Source of the DNA: Escherichia phage GEP001
DNA length: 64,000 bases
Strand: one strand, 5' to 3'
Sequence record: PV173775
Position 1 is the first letter of the stretch, and every line of letters starts with the position of its first letter. The position numbers were made by a program, and so were the translations under genes. Below, one piece after another: positions 37,162 to 47,540 of this stretch. The notes beneath the pieces are model-generated. The model saw only the letters and a program-made list of their open reading frames with translations, ran no database searches and was not told the origin of the DNA.

Positions 37162-38000
37162 TTCAATTCGTAATTCCAAGCTATCAACGCGTAGGGGCAG
37201 TTTCTGCCCTTGATATGTTTCCGACTGATTATGAACCTCATATTGTAGTACGTGAACACGAAGAAAAAGCTTATTATGACGCTTACGGGTCTAGAGCTAA
37301 AATTATAACTATTCCTGATGATGTTAATGGAATTGCTGGTACTCGTAAAGCAATTACTGATATGTATGCAGGTCAACGAATCTGGATGATTGATGATGAT
37401 ACTACTATTCGTATGAGTTCAATGCGAAAGAAAGATGATCGTCGCTGCGTAGATAAAATTAATCAATTAACCCGTGAACAGTTCTATGAATTGATTCAAT
37501 ACGTGGAAGATGCCATGGATTGCGGGTATTATCATGGTCATGCTCGTTTACCAATTTTTAAAATTACTTCATCTTGGGGTAATTATCGTGAAAATTCATA
37601 TGGATTCACGAATACCTGGTATGATTTAGGAAAACTTACAACAGAACAAATTGGGTATGGAAAAATTGATTTATGCGAAGATATGTATGCATTTCTCAAT
37701 TTAATTAATCAAGGTTATCCGCATTTGGCCTTGTTCAAATATCTGGTTGTATCTGGAAAAGCACAAGCTCCTGGCGGGTGCAGTTCAATTCGTAGTAATT
37801 CTAAACATAATAGAGCGCTTGAGCAAATCAATAGAGAGTTTCCAGAGCAAGCTCGTTGGAAAACTTCTAATATTGAAAAACGAAAATCGTTGGGTGAAGA
37901 AGACGAGCCATTAAAGGTTCTTCGCATGTGTGTTTCGCGCAAAGAAAAGTCAGAAGCATTTCATAAGTTTAATGCTATTCATCCAATAGCAGTTGATTAA
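37158..38000 (+). CDS. GT-A-type glycosyltransferase (candidate beta-glucosyl-HMC-alpha-glucosyltransferase)
   Basis: N-terminal IPSYQR and downstream DDD (DxD) motif; occupies the beta-gt slot between 42 and uvsX; ATGA overlap with 42. Confidence 0.55.
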   Translation: MIQFVIPSYQRVGAVSALDMFPTDYEPHIVVREHEEKAYYDAYGSRAKIITIPDDVNGIAGTRKAITDMYAGQRIWMIDDDTTIRMSSMRKKDDRRCVDKINQLTREQFYELIQYVEDAMDCGYYHGHARLPIFKITSSWGNYRENSYGFTNTWYDLGKLTTEQIGYGKIDLCEDMYAFLNLINQGYPHLALFKYLVVSGKAQAPGGCSSIRSNSKHNRALEQINREFPEQARWKTSNIEKRKSLGEEDEPLKVLRMCVSRKEKSEAFHKFNAIHPIAVD

Positions 38001-38077
38001 TGCCTAAATTTATTGTGTTATAATTACTCTATCTTTAACCAGTGAGGAAAATATAATGATGCCTATGGAAAAAATGA

Positions 38078-39259
38078 ATGTCTATTGCAGATTTAAAATC
38101 CCGTTTGATTAAAGCTTCCACTTCTAAAATGACTGCTGAACTGACTACATCTAAATTCTTTAATGAAAAGGATGTAATCCGTACAAAAATCCCAATGCTT
38201 AATATCGCTATTTCTGGTGCGATTGATGGTGGTATGCAGTCTGGTTTAACCATTTTTGCAGGTCCTTCTAAACACTTTAAATCAAATATGTCTTTGACTA
38301 TGGTTGCGGCGTATTTGAACAAATATCCTGACGCAGTTTGTCTATTCTATGATAGCGAATTTGGTATTACTCCAGCTTATTTGCGATCCATGGGAGTTGA
38401 CCCGGAACGAGTAATTCATACACCAATCCAGTCAGTTGAACAACTGAAAATTGATATGGTGAATCAGCTTGAAGCTATTGAGCGTGGTGAAAAGGTTATT
38501 GTATTCATCGACTCAATCGGTAATATGGCTTCTAAGAAAGAAACGGAAGATGCCTTGAATGAAAAATCTGTGGCAGATATGACTCGTGCTAAATCACTGA
38601 AGTCATTATTCCGTATTGTTACTCCTTATTTTAGTATTAAAAACATTCCATGTGTTGCGGTTAACCATACAATTGAAACAATTGAAATGTTTAGTAAAAC
38701 CGTGATGACAGGTGGTACAGGCGTAATGTATTCGGCTGATACTGTATTCATTATCGGTAAACGTCAGATTAAAGATGGTTCTGATCTTCAGGGGTATCAA
38801 TTTGTTCTAAATGTAGAAAAATCTCGTACTGTCAAAGAAAAAAGTAAATTCTTTATTGATGTTAAATTTGACGGTGGTATCGATCCTTATTCTGGATTGT
38901 TAGATATGGCTCTTGAATTAGGATTTGTGGTAAAACCTAAAAATGGCTGGTATGCTCGTGAATTTCTTGACGAAGAAACCGGCGAGATGATTCGCGAAGA
39001 AAAATCTTGGCGTGCAAAAGATACCAATTGCACTACATTCTGGGGTCCTTTATTTAAACATCAGCCATTCCGAGATGCTATTAAACGTGCTTATCAGTTA
39101 GGTGCTATTGATAGCAATGAAATTGTTGAAGCTGAAGTTGATGAATTGATTAACTCAAAGGTTGAAAAATTTAAATCTCCAGAAAGTAAAAGTAAATCAG
39201 TAGCTGATTTAGAAACTGACCTAGATCAGTTAAGTGATATGGAAGAATTTAATGAATAA
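38078..39259 (+). CDS. uvsX: recombinase UvsX (RecA-like)
   Basis: 393 aa; Walker A GPSKHFKS; matches T4 UvsX. Confidence 0.95.
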   Translation: MSIADLKSRLIKASTSKMTAELTTSKFFNEKDVIRTKIPMLNIAISGAIDGGMQSGLTIFAGPSKHFKSNMSLTMVAAYLNKYPDAVCLFYDSEFGITPAYLRSMGVDPERVIHTPIQSVEQLKIDMVNQLEAIERGEKVIVFIDSIGNMASKKETEDALNEKSVADMTRAKSLKSLFRIVTPYFSIKNIPCVAVNHTIETIEMFSKTVMTGGTGVMYSADTVFIIGKRQIKDGSDLQGYQFVLNVEKSRTVKEKSKFFIDVKFDGGIDPYSGLLDMALELGFVVKPKNGWYAREFLDEETGEMIREEKSWRAKDTNCTTFWGPLFKHQPFRDAIKRAYQLGAIDSNEIVEAEVDELINSKVEKFKSPESKSKSVADLETDLDQLSDMEEFNE

Positions 39260-39596
39260 AGATGATTTAGATTTAGATCTAGAAATTATCGATGAATCCC
39301 CCTCTTCGGAGGGGGAAGAAGAAAGAAAAGAACGTCTTTTTAATGAATCTCTTAAGATAATTAAATCTGCCATGGAAAATGTTATCCAGGAGATTGTCAT
39401 TAAACTAGAAGATGGTTCTACACACATTGTGTATGTGACAAAATTAGATTGGGTTGATGGAAAAGTCGTAATGGACTTTGCTGTTCTTGATCAAGAAAGA
39501 AAAGCTGAGTTAGCTCCTCATGTAGAAAAATGTATTACAATGCAACTACAAGATGCATTTAATAAAAGGTCAAAGAAAAAATTTAAATTCTTTTAA
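39252..39596 (+). CDS. 40: gp40 head vertex assembly chaperone
   Basis: ATG 39252 overlapping uvsX stop, GGAAGA SD; about 114 aa acidic protein in the T4 gene 40 position. Confidence 0.65.
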   Translation: MNKDDLDLDLEIIDESPSSEGEEERKERLFNESLKIIKSAMENVIQEIVIKLEDGSTHIVYVTKLDWVDGKVVMDFAVLDQERKAELAPHVEKCITMQLQDAFNKRSKKKFKFF

Positions 39597-39605
39597 GGAG
39601 TAAGT

Positions 39606-41033
39606 GTGGTAGAAATTATTCTTTCTCATCTCATATTTGATCAAGCTTATTTTTCAAAAGTTTGGCCATATATGGATTCAGAATATTTTGAAAGTGGTCC
39701 AGCTAAAAATACATTCAAATTAATTAAATCTCATGTCAATGAGTACCATAGCGTTCCATCTATTAATGCGTTAAATGTTGCATTAGAAAATAGTTCATTT
39801 ACTGAAACAGAATATTCTGGTGTAAAAACACTTATTTCGAAACTAACCGATTCTCCAGAAGACCATAGCTGGTTAGTAAAAGAAACAGAAAAATACGTTC
39901 AGCAAAGGGCGATGTTTAATGCTACGTCTAAAATAATTGAAATTCAAACTAATGCTGAGCTTCCTCCGGAAAAACGCAATAAGAAAATGCCAGATGTAGG
40001 TGCTATTCCTGACATCATGCGCCAAGCATTATCAATTTCATTTGATAGTTACGTTGGTCATGATTGGATGGATGACTACGAAGCACGTTGGCTATCTTAT
40101 ATGAATAAAGCTCGTAAGGTTCCATTTAAACTCAAAATTCTAAATAAAATTACTAAAGGCGGAGCTGAAACTGGAACACTGAATGTTTTAATGGCTGGTG
40201 TTAACGTTGGTAAGTCATTAGGTCTGTGTTCATTGGCAGCAGATTATTTGCAGCTCGGACATAATGTTCTTTACATTTCCATGGAAATGGCTGAAGAAGT
40301 CTGTGCTAAACGTATTGATGCTAATATGCTTGATGTTTCTCTTGATGACATTGATGATGGGCATATTTCTTACGCTGAGTATAAAGGAAAAATGGAAAAA
40401 TGGCGTGAGAAATCTACTCTCGGTCGTTTAATCGTTAAACAGTATCCTACTGGTGGAGCAGACGCTAATACATTTCGATCGCTTTTAAACGAATTGAAGC
40501 TCAAGAAGAATTTTGTTCCAACAATCATTATTGTCGACTATCTAGGTATTTGTAAATCTTGCCGCATCAGAGTTTACTCAGAAAATAGTTACACAACTGT
40601 TAAAGCCATCGCAGAAGAATTGCGTGCTCTGGCTGTTGAAACCGAAACTGTTCTTTGGACTGCAGCACAGGTTGGTAAGCAAGCTTGGGATTCTTCTGAT
40701 GTTAACATGAGCGATATTGCAGAATCTGCCGGTCTTCCAGCAACAGCCGATTTTATGCTTGCGGTCATTGAAACTGAGGAGTTAGCAGCTGCTGAACAAC
40801 AACTCATTAAGCAAATCAAATCACGATATGGCGATAAGAATAAATGGAATAAGTTTTTGATGGGTGTTCAAAAAGGAAATCAGAAATGGGTAGAAATTGA
40901 ACAAGATTCTACTCCAACTGAAGTGAACGAAGTGGCAGGTTCACAGCAGATTCAAGCTGAGCAGAATCGCTATCAAAGAAACGAATCCGCTCGAGCTCAG
41001 TTAGATGCTTTGGCAAACGAATTAAAATTTTAG
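39606..41033 (+). CDS. 41: replicative DNA helicase gp41
   Basis: 475 aa; GTG start after AAGGAG; Walker A GVNVGKS; DnaB-like; matches T4 gp41. Confidence 0.95.
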   Translation: MVEIILSHLIFDQAYFSKVWPYMDSEYFESGPAKNTFKLIKSHVNEYHSVPSINALNVALENSSFTETEYSGVKTLISKLTDSPEDHSWLVKETEKYVQQRAMFNATSKIIEIQTNAELPPEKRNKKMPDVGAIPDIMRQALSISFDSYVGHDWMDDYEARWLSYMNKARKVPFKLKILNKITKGGAETGTLNVLMAGVNVGKSLGLCSLAADYLQLGHNVLYISMEMAEEVCAKRIDANMLDVSLDDIDDGHISYAEYKGKMEKWREKSTLGRLIVKQYPTGGADANTFRSLLNELKLKKNFVPTIIIVDYLGICKSCRIRVYSENSYTTVKAIAEELRALAVETETVLWTAAQVGKQAWDSSDVNMSDIAESAGLPATADFMLAVIETEELAAAEQQLIKQIKSRYGDKNKWNKFLMGVQKGNQKWVEIEQDSTPTEVNEVAGSQQIQAEQNRYQRNESARAQLDALANELKF

Positions 41034-41073
41034 TTTACAAGCCGACAAGACTATGGTATAGTAGTCTTGTCGG
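41033..41073 (+). promoter_or_regulatory. early promoter of dmd with perfect 12-bp inverted repeat around -10
   Basis: GTTTAC 41033-38, TATAGT 41057-62; arms CCGACAAGACTA (41042-53) and TAGTCTTGTCGG (41062-73). Confidence 0.6.
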
Positions 41074-41091
41074 TTAAATGAGGAGATTTTT

Positions 41092-41274
41092 ATGGAATTG
41101 GTAAAGGTAGTTTTTATGGGGTGGTTTAAGAATGAAAGCATGTTTACTAAAGAAATCACAATGATGAAAGATGACGTTCAATGGGCTACTACTCAATATG
41201 CTGAAGTTAATAAAGCGCTAGTTAAAGCTTTCATTGATGACAAGAAAGTATGCGAAGTGGATTGCCGAGGATAA
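41092..41274 (+). CDS. dmd: Dmd antitoxin (inhibitor of RnlA/LsoA toxins)
   Basis: 60 aa; sequence matches T4 Dmd as recalled; early promoter with perfect inverted repeat upstream. Confidence 0.8.
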   Translation: MELVKVVFMGWFKNESMFTKEITMMKDDVQWATTQYAEVNKALVKAFIDDKKVCEVDCRG

Positions 41275-41275
41275 T

Positions 41276-41533
41276 ATGCATATTGTTTTATTTAAACCTA
41301 CTCCGTATAACGTCAGGAAAAATACTCAATTCAAAGCACTTATCGCAGATACGTGGGAATTGGTATTAGATATTCCAGCAGAAGAAAGCCCTCCATTTGG
41401 TCGAGTGGAATTTATTAAGTTTGCTGTGCGCCCTACAAAGCGGCAGATTCGCCAATGCAAAAGATACTTTCGTAAAATCGTCAAGTTAGAGAAACAGTTT
41501 GTAACATGTGATTATACAGAAGTTTTAAAATAG
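41276..41533 (+). CDS. hypothetical protein (85 aa)
   Basis: GAGGA SD; ATG 2 nt after dmd stop. Confidence 0.55.
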   Translation: MHIVLFKPTPYNVRKNTQFKALIADTWELVLDIPAEESPPFGRVEFIKFAVRPTKRQIRQCKRYFRKIVKLEKQFVTCDYTEVLK

Positions 41534-41535
41534 TA

Positions 41536-41578
41536 GTTTACAAGCTGATAGAGTTGTGTTATAGTAATTCTATCAGCT
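41536..41578 (+). promoter_or_regulatory. early promoter with 9-bp inverted repeat flanking -10
   Basis: GTTTAC 41536-41, TATAGT 41560-65; arms AGCTGATAG (41543-51) and CTATCAGCT (41570-78). Confidence 0.55.
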
Positions 41579-41596
41579 AATCGCGGAGAAAAGAAA

Positions 41597-41851
41597 ATGA
41601 TGCTAGTTAATAGAGAATATCAGTTTAAATCAGAAGAAGATTTGGAAAAATTCGCGAGCGGTTGTGAACTGAATAGACGCACAGCTAAAGTCATAGGATT
41701 AAAACCCTTTACAGTTCTAGATTGTGAAGTTTCTAAATTCCGCAGAGGGTGTTCTATTAGCGGTCATGCTCTGGTTGATGGGAACACATTTTTCTTTGTT
41801 TTTAGCGTCAGAGAACTTTTATTGATTAACGAACTTGAGGAAATAAAATAG
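41597..41851 (+). CDS. hypothetical protein (84 aa)
   Basis: GGAG SD 9 nt upstream; own early promoter with inverted repeat. Confidence 0.55.
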   Translation: MMLVNREYQFKSEEDLEKFASGCELNRRTAKVIGLKPFTVLDCEVSKFRRGCSISGHALVDGNTFFFVFSVRELLLINELEEIK

Positions 41852-41915
41852 TTTACTTTTGTTTTAAACATGTTATTATAGACCTATCAAAACAAACGAG
41901 TAAATGGAGAATAAA

Positions 41916-42095
41916 ATGTCTAAAGTATCAGGTTATCAATTATTAACACAAGAACAACGTTCAGAGATGGATTCTTTACAAGAACGGTGTCAGCATAGAA
42001 ATAACGCACTTGATTCATTTTTATTAGTTGAATATGAAAACTTGTGCTCTAGACTTGAAAAAGAATATGTTCATCAACATGGAGGAGAAGAATGA
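41916..42095 (+). CDS. hypothetical protein (59 aa)
   Basis: GGAGAATAAAATG initiation motif; alternative ATG at 41904. Confidence 0.45.
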   Translation: MSKVSGYQLLTQEQRSEMDSLQERCQHRNNALDSFLLVEYENLCSRLEKEYVHQHGGEE

Positions 42096-42198
42096 AACTG
42101 AAATCACCAATTATTGTAATTTGTCTGTTTGCTTCTACTAGTGTTTACTTTTGTTGAAAATTGAGATACTATAAACATAAACTACTGAGGAGATTATC

Positions 42199-42492
42199 AT
42201 GAAAAAATTTATCTTTGCTGCAATTTTTGCTTTATCTTCTTGCGCTGCTCAGCCTGCTATGGCGGGTTATGACAAAGATTTGTGTGAGTGGTCTATGACT
42301 GCAGATCAGACTGAGGTTGAAACTCAGATTGAAGCCGATATTATGAATATCGTTGAGCGTGATCGTCCTGAAATGAAAGCTGAAGTGCAAAAACAACTTA
42401 AGTCTGGTGGTGTAATGCAGTATAATTATGTTCTGTATTGCGATAAAAACTTTAATAATAAAAATATCGTAACCGAAATCACAGGCGAATAA
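42199..42492 (+). CDS. sp: Spackle periplasmic protein (lysozyme inhibitor / superinfection exclusion)
   Basis: 97 aa with cleavable signal peptide; size, position between dmd and 61 and sequence consistent with T4 Sp. Confidence 0.7.
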   Translation: MKKFIFAAIFALSSCAAQPAMAGYDKDLCEWSMTADQTEVETQIEADIMNIVERDRPEMKAEVQKQLKSGGVMQYNYVLYCDKNFNNKNIVTEITGE

Positions 42493-42493
42493 T

Positions 42494-43126
42494 ATGATTT
42501 ATTATATGCACAAAAATCCACCGTTTAAATATGGTAAATTTCCTGATGCACAATGTTATAATATAACACCTAATGAAAATAACCGTGGATATCTTATTGG
42601 CACAATTTTTGTAATTGTTAAAGATAACGAAATCGTTGCCTGGGCAGATTTTAAAGGTACAACATATGATGTTAATCCGGTGCCTTTCACATATTACAAT
42701 TTAATGGATTTGGCATACGATTATAATTGGTTTAATCATGATACTTTGGCTCATATTGAAGGTGTAGGATTTGATATTTCATATTCGGAATACACTTTAA
42801 GCCCTATGAGTCGAGCCCATAAAGAACCTGAATATTTTTCATTTAGGAAACGTGTAAACTTTAAACGCAGCACAGAGTATATCGGTGGAATCTTTGTTAA
42901 AGATAATCGAATTATTCGTATTAATTATCCTTTGAGCGTTAGTCAAAAAGATATTGATGTTGATTTAGATTTCACTGAAAATAATATTAATAATATTGCT
43001 TCTGTGTATTTTGGTATCGATCACAAAATTGTAATATGTGGATATGAATTACCGTTTGAAGAACAGCCTAAAGTAAAAGTTTCTATTGACGATCAAATTT
43101 TTAATGCTTTTATGAATAAAGGTTAA
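42494..43126 (+). CDS. hypothetical protein (210 aa) with two internal VKDN-motif repeats
   Basis: ATG 1 nt after sp stop; C-terminal SIDDQIFNAFMNKG shared with next ORF. Confidence 0.55.
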   Translation: MIYYMHKNPPFKYGKFPDAQCYNITPNENNRGYLIGTIFVIVKDNEIVAWADFKGTTYDVNPVPFTYYNLMDLAYDYNWFNHDTLAHIEGVGFDISYSEYTLSPMSRAHKEPEYFSFRKRVNFKRSTEYIGGIFVKDNRIIRINYPLSVSQKDIDVDLDFTENNINNIASVYFGIDHKIVICGYELPFEEQPKVKVSIDDQIFNAFMNKG

Positions 43127-43127
43127 T

Positions 43128-43484
43128 ATGTATAGTTCTGAATTTTCATATTTAAAAATGGAAAAAATTTCATACGATTTTATAGATGAAAAGGTTTATT
43201 ACAGTTTCCATGAACCGCGTTTTAATAGTGAGGTTGGGTTTATTGTAGTAAAAGACAATTTCATTTTAAAGATATATTCGGCATTAAAGGATTTTCACTA
43301 CGAAAATATTAACCTAAAATTTGATAAAGAAAACGTTCGTAATTGTGCAGTAACAATTACAGGAAATAAAGGTACATGTGTTATGCTATCTGATGAAATT
43401 AATGATTTGCTAAATGATGTAGAAAAGGTTGCTGTTCCATCGATTGATGACCAAATTTTTAATGCTTTTATGAATAGAGGTTAA
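43128..43484 (+). CDS. hypothetical protein (118 aa), single copy of the VKDN-motif domain
   Basis: ATG 1 nt after upstream stop; C-terminus PSIDDQIFNAFMNRG nearly identical to upstream ORF. Confidence 0.55.
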   Translation: MYSSEFSYLKMEKISYDFIDEKVYYSFHEPRFNSEVGFIVVKDNFILKIYSALKDFHYENINLKFDKENVRNCAVTITGNKGTCVMLSDEINDLLNDVEKVAVPSIDDQIFNAFMNRG

Positions 43485-43485
43485 T

Positions 43486-43650
43486 ATGAAAACATATAAA
43501 GAATTTATCAAAGAAGATATGGTAGCTGGAGATTCGGGTGGTAATCCTGAAAATATCTCTACTGGAACAACGTCAGGCGCTGTAGTAAATAAAGGCCCTG
43601 AACAGATTCCTAAAAAGAAAAAAGAGGAATCTAAAGAAAAAGAAGAGTAA
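43486..43650 (+). CDS. hypothetical small protein (54 aa), Lys/Glu-rich tail
   Basis: GAGG SD; ends 2 nt before gene 61 start; not in ORF track. Confidence 0.4.
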   Translation: MKTYKEFIKEDMVAGDSGGNPENISTGTTSGAVVNKGPEQIPKKKKEESKEKEE

Positions 43651-43652
43651 AA

Positions 43653-44681
43653 ATGTCATCAATACCTTGGATTGATAATGAGTTTGCATATCGTGCATTA
43701 GCTCATTTACCTAAATTTACACAAGTAAATAATAGTTCAACTTTTAAATTGCGGTTTAGATGCCCTGTTTGTGGAGATTCAAAAACCGACCAAAATAAAG
43801 CTCGTGGATGGTATTATGGCGATAATAATGAAGGAAATATTCATTGTTATAACTGTAACTATCATGCACCAATCGGAATATATTTAAAGGAGTTTGAACC
43901 CGATTTATATCGTGAGTATATCTTTGAAATAAGAAAAGAAAAAGGTAAAAGTCGTCCAGTAGAAAAACCTAAAGAACTTCCTAAACAACCTGAGAAGAAA
44001 ATAATTAAATCTCTTCCGTCATGTGTTAGATTAGATAAACTGGCGGAAGACCATCCAATTATAAAATATGTAAAAGCTCGCTGTATTCCAAAGGATAAAT
44101 GGAAATATCTTTGGTTTACATCTGAATGGCCTAAATTAGTTAATAGTATAGCACCAGGAACATATAAAAAGGAAATACCTGAGCCTCGTCTTGTTATTCC
44201 AATTTATAATGCTAATGGAAAAGCTGAGTCTTTTCAAGGACGTGCATTAAAGAAAGATGCTCCTCAAAAATATATCACCATCAAAGCTTATCCTGAGGCA
44301 ACAAAAATCTATGGTGTTGAACGAGTTAAAGATGGTGATGTATATGTTCTAGAAGGACCTATAGATTCACTTTTTATTGAAAATGGTATAGCTATTACAG
44401 GTGGTCAATTAGACCTAGAAATTGTTCCATTTAAAGATAGACGAGTATGGGTTTTGGATAATGAACCTCGTCATCCTGATACTATTAAACGAATGACTAA
44501 ATTAGTTGACGCAGGAGAAAGGATTATGTTTTGGGACAAATCTCCATGGAAATCAAAAGATGTTAATGATATGATTAGAAAGGAAGGTGCAACCCCTGAA
44601 CAAATTATGGAATATATGAAAAATAATATTGCGCAGGGGTTGATGGCTAAAATGCGGCTATCTAAATATGCTAAGATTTAA
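43653..44681 (+). CDS. 61: DNA primase gp61
   Basis: 342 aa; N-terminal zinc ribbon CPVCGDS...CYNC; Toprim-type core; matches T4 gp61. Confidence 0.9.
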   Translation: MSSIPWIDNEFAYRALAHLPKFTQVNNSSTFKLRFRCPVCGDSKTDQNKARGWYYGDNNEGNIHCYNCNYHAPIGIYLKEFEPDLYREYIFEIRKEKGKSRPVEKPKELPKQPEKKIIKSLPSCVRLDKLAEDHPIIKYVKARCIPKDKWKYLWFTSEWPKLVNSIAPGTYKKEIPEPRLVIPIYNANGKAESFQGRALKKDAPQKYITIKAYPEATKIYGVERVKDGDVYVLEGPIDSLFIENGIAITGGQLDLEIVPFKDRRVWVLDNEPRHPDTIKRMTKLVDAGERIMFWDKSPWKSKDVNDMIRKEGATPEQIMEYMKNNIAQGLMAKMRLSKYAKI

Positions 44682-44878
44682 ATTAACCCAACTAAAGCAA
44701 ATGCTAAATCTACGAATGTATCAAGAGTAATTACTGGAATACTAACGCCATGAGCAATAGCAACTGGCGATAAAACAAAATTCCAAAGTAAAATTCCTAT
44801 CATAGCAGAAATAGTAAAAGCTATACGTTTTTTATTACCTTTGATGGCATTAACAAGTGCCATTAATTTTTGTACCAT
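44678..44878 (-). CDS. small hydrophobic membrane protein (66 aa), opposite strand
   Basis: minus-strand ATG preceded by AAAGGAGG SD at 8 nt; two hydrophobic segments; convergent with gene 61. Confidence 0.55.
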   Translation of the reverse strand: MVQKLMALVNAIKGNKKRIAFTISAMIGILLWNFVLSPVAIAHGVSIPVITLDTFVDLAFALVGLI

Positions 44879-44927
44879 GTGTCGTCCTCCTTTAAATTAA
44901 ATATTTATCGCAAATTTTACAAAATTT

Positions 44928-44973
44928 GTTTACTTTCTCAGCTTGTTGTGGTATTATAAAATAAACTGCTGAG
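44928..44973 (+). promoter_or_regulatory. early promoter upstream of PD-(D/E)xK-like ORF
   Basis: GTTTAC 44928-33, 18 nt, TATTAT 44952-57; CTCAGC/GCTGAG arms; about 60 bp similar to 54341-54400. Confidence 0.55.
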
Positions 44974-44982
44974 GATAATATA

Positions 44983-46322
<1,340 letters not shown>

Positions 46323-46382
46323 CTGCTTATATATTCAAATGATATAATTATTTAACTTATTAATGAATTGAAAGGAAAAATA

Positions 46383-46901
46383 ATGGCATACTTTAATGAA
46401 TGTTCACAACTGATCGAAGGCGCTGATAAAGCTCAAAATGAATACTGGGATATTCTCGGTGATGAAAAAGACCCGCTGCAGGTTATGCTTGATATGCAGA
46501 AATCTTTGCAGGTTCGTTTAGCTAAAGATAAACCTGAATATAACCGTCATCCTGATGATTTGGCTACTGCAGGTGAAGTTGTTGATTGGCTGCGTAATCA
46601 GAAAGATTATATTGACGATGAATTCCGTGAACTTCTAACTTCTCTTGGCGGTATGAGTAATGGCGAAAAAGATGCATCTGCTGTATGGAAGCCTTGGAAA
46701 GCTCAACATGGTGAACGCCGTGAAACTCTAATTACTGATTTGTCTCCACAAGACCAGTTGGAAATTAAATTCGAAATGATTGATATTCTTCATTTCGTTT
46801 TGAACATGTTCCAAGGTCTTGGTCTTACGGCTGAAGAAATCTTTAAACTTTATTATCTGAAAAATGCTGAAAACTTCGCTCGTCAAGACCGAGGTTATTA
46901 A
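46383..46901 (+). CDS. 56: dCTPase/dCTP pyrophosphatase gp56
   Basis: 172 aa from ATG 46383 (AAAGGA SD); MazG-like; matches T4 gp56. Confidence 0.9.
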   Translation: MAYFNECSQLIEGADKAQNEYWDILGDEKDPLQVMLDMQKSLQVRLAKDKPEYNRHPDDLATAGEVVDWLRNQKDYIDDEFRELLTSLGGMSNGEKDASAVWKPWKAQHGERRETLITDLSPQDQLEIKFEMIDILHFVLNMFQGLGLTAEEIFKLYYLKNAENFARQDRGY

Positions 46902-46983
46902 TAGCTCGTTTATTTAAACGACGACTTAAAAGCCGTGAGAATTATTATAAATAATCATGTAATTTAAATAAAAGGAGAATTAC

Positions 46984-47229
46984 ATGGCTAGTACTCGCGG
47001 TTATGTTAATATCAAAACATTTGAGCAGAAATTAGATGGAAATAAGAAAATTGAAGGAAAGGAAATTTCAGTAGCTTTCCCTCTTTATTCTGACGTTCAC
47101 AAAATTTCTGGCGCTCATTACCAGACATTCCCTTCAGAAAAAGCAGCATATACTACTGTATATGAAGAAAATCAGCGTACTGAATGGATTGCTGCAAACG
47201 AAGATTTGTGGAAAGTAACTGGTGGTTAA
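46984..47229 (+). CDS. soc: small outer capsid protein Soc
   Basis: 81 aa; sequence matches T4 Soc; followed by strong terminator. Confidence 0.9.
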   Translation: MASTRGYVNIKTFEQKLDGNKKIEGKEISVAFPLYSDVHKISGAHYQTFPSEKAAYTTVYEENQRTEWIAANEDLWKVTGG

Positions 47230-47236
47230 TAATTCA

Positions 47237-47262
47237 AGGACTCCTTCGGGAGTCCTTTTTTC
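47237..47262 (+). terminator. intrinsic terminator after soc
   Basis: AAGGACTCC TTCG GGAGTCCTT followed by T6. Confidence 0.85.
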
Positions 47263-47272
47263 ATTTTACTGG

Positions 47273-47302
47273 TTTACTTTCCAAAATGAGTATGGTATAA
47301 TA
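47273..47302 (+). promoter_or_regulatory. T4-type early promoter
   Basis: GTTTAC, 18 nt, TATGGTATAAT; terminator-promoter module similar to 4960-5022. Confidence 0.6.
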
Positions 47303-47327
47303 AAATTATCTTATAGAGGAGAGCACT

Positions 47328-47540
47328 ATGTTAAATCGCTGGATTAAACCAAATGAAGACCTTCAGAAGGTTCTTGATAAAGCTATCTCTGATAAATGGG
47401 GTATGAAAAGCTGGGATTGTGATATCGTCACGCATTCATTCATGATGCATGCAGATGGTTCAGTCGAGTTCAATGCTGAAATGCGATACACTGACTGGGG
47501 TGGATTTCAAAGAGTCGAATTTCAAAGAGGCTTTTTGTAA
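47328..47540 (+). CDS. hypothetical protein (70 aa)
   Basis: GAGGAGAG SD downstream of early promoter. Confidence 0.55.
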   Translation: MLNRWIKPNEDLQKVLDKAISDKWGMKSWDCDIVTHSFMMHADGSVEFNAEMRYTDWGGFQRVEFQRGFL

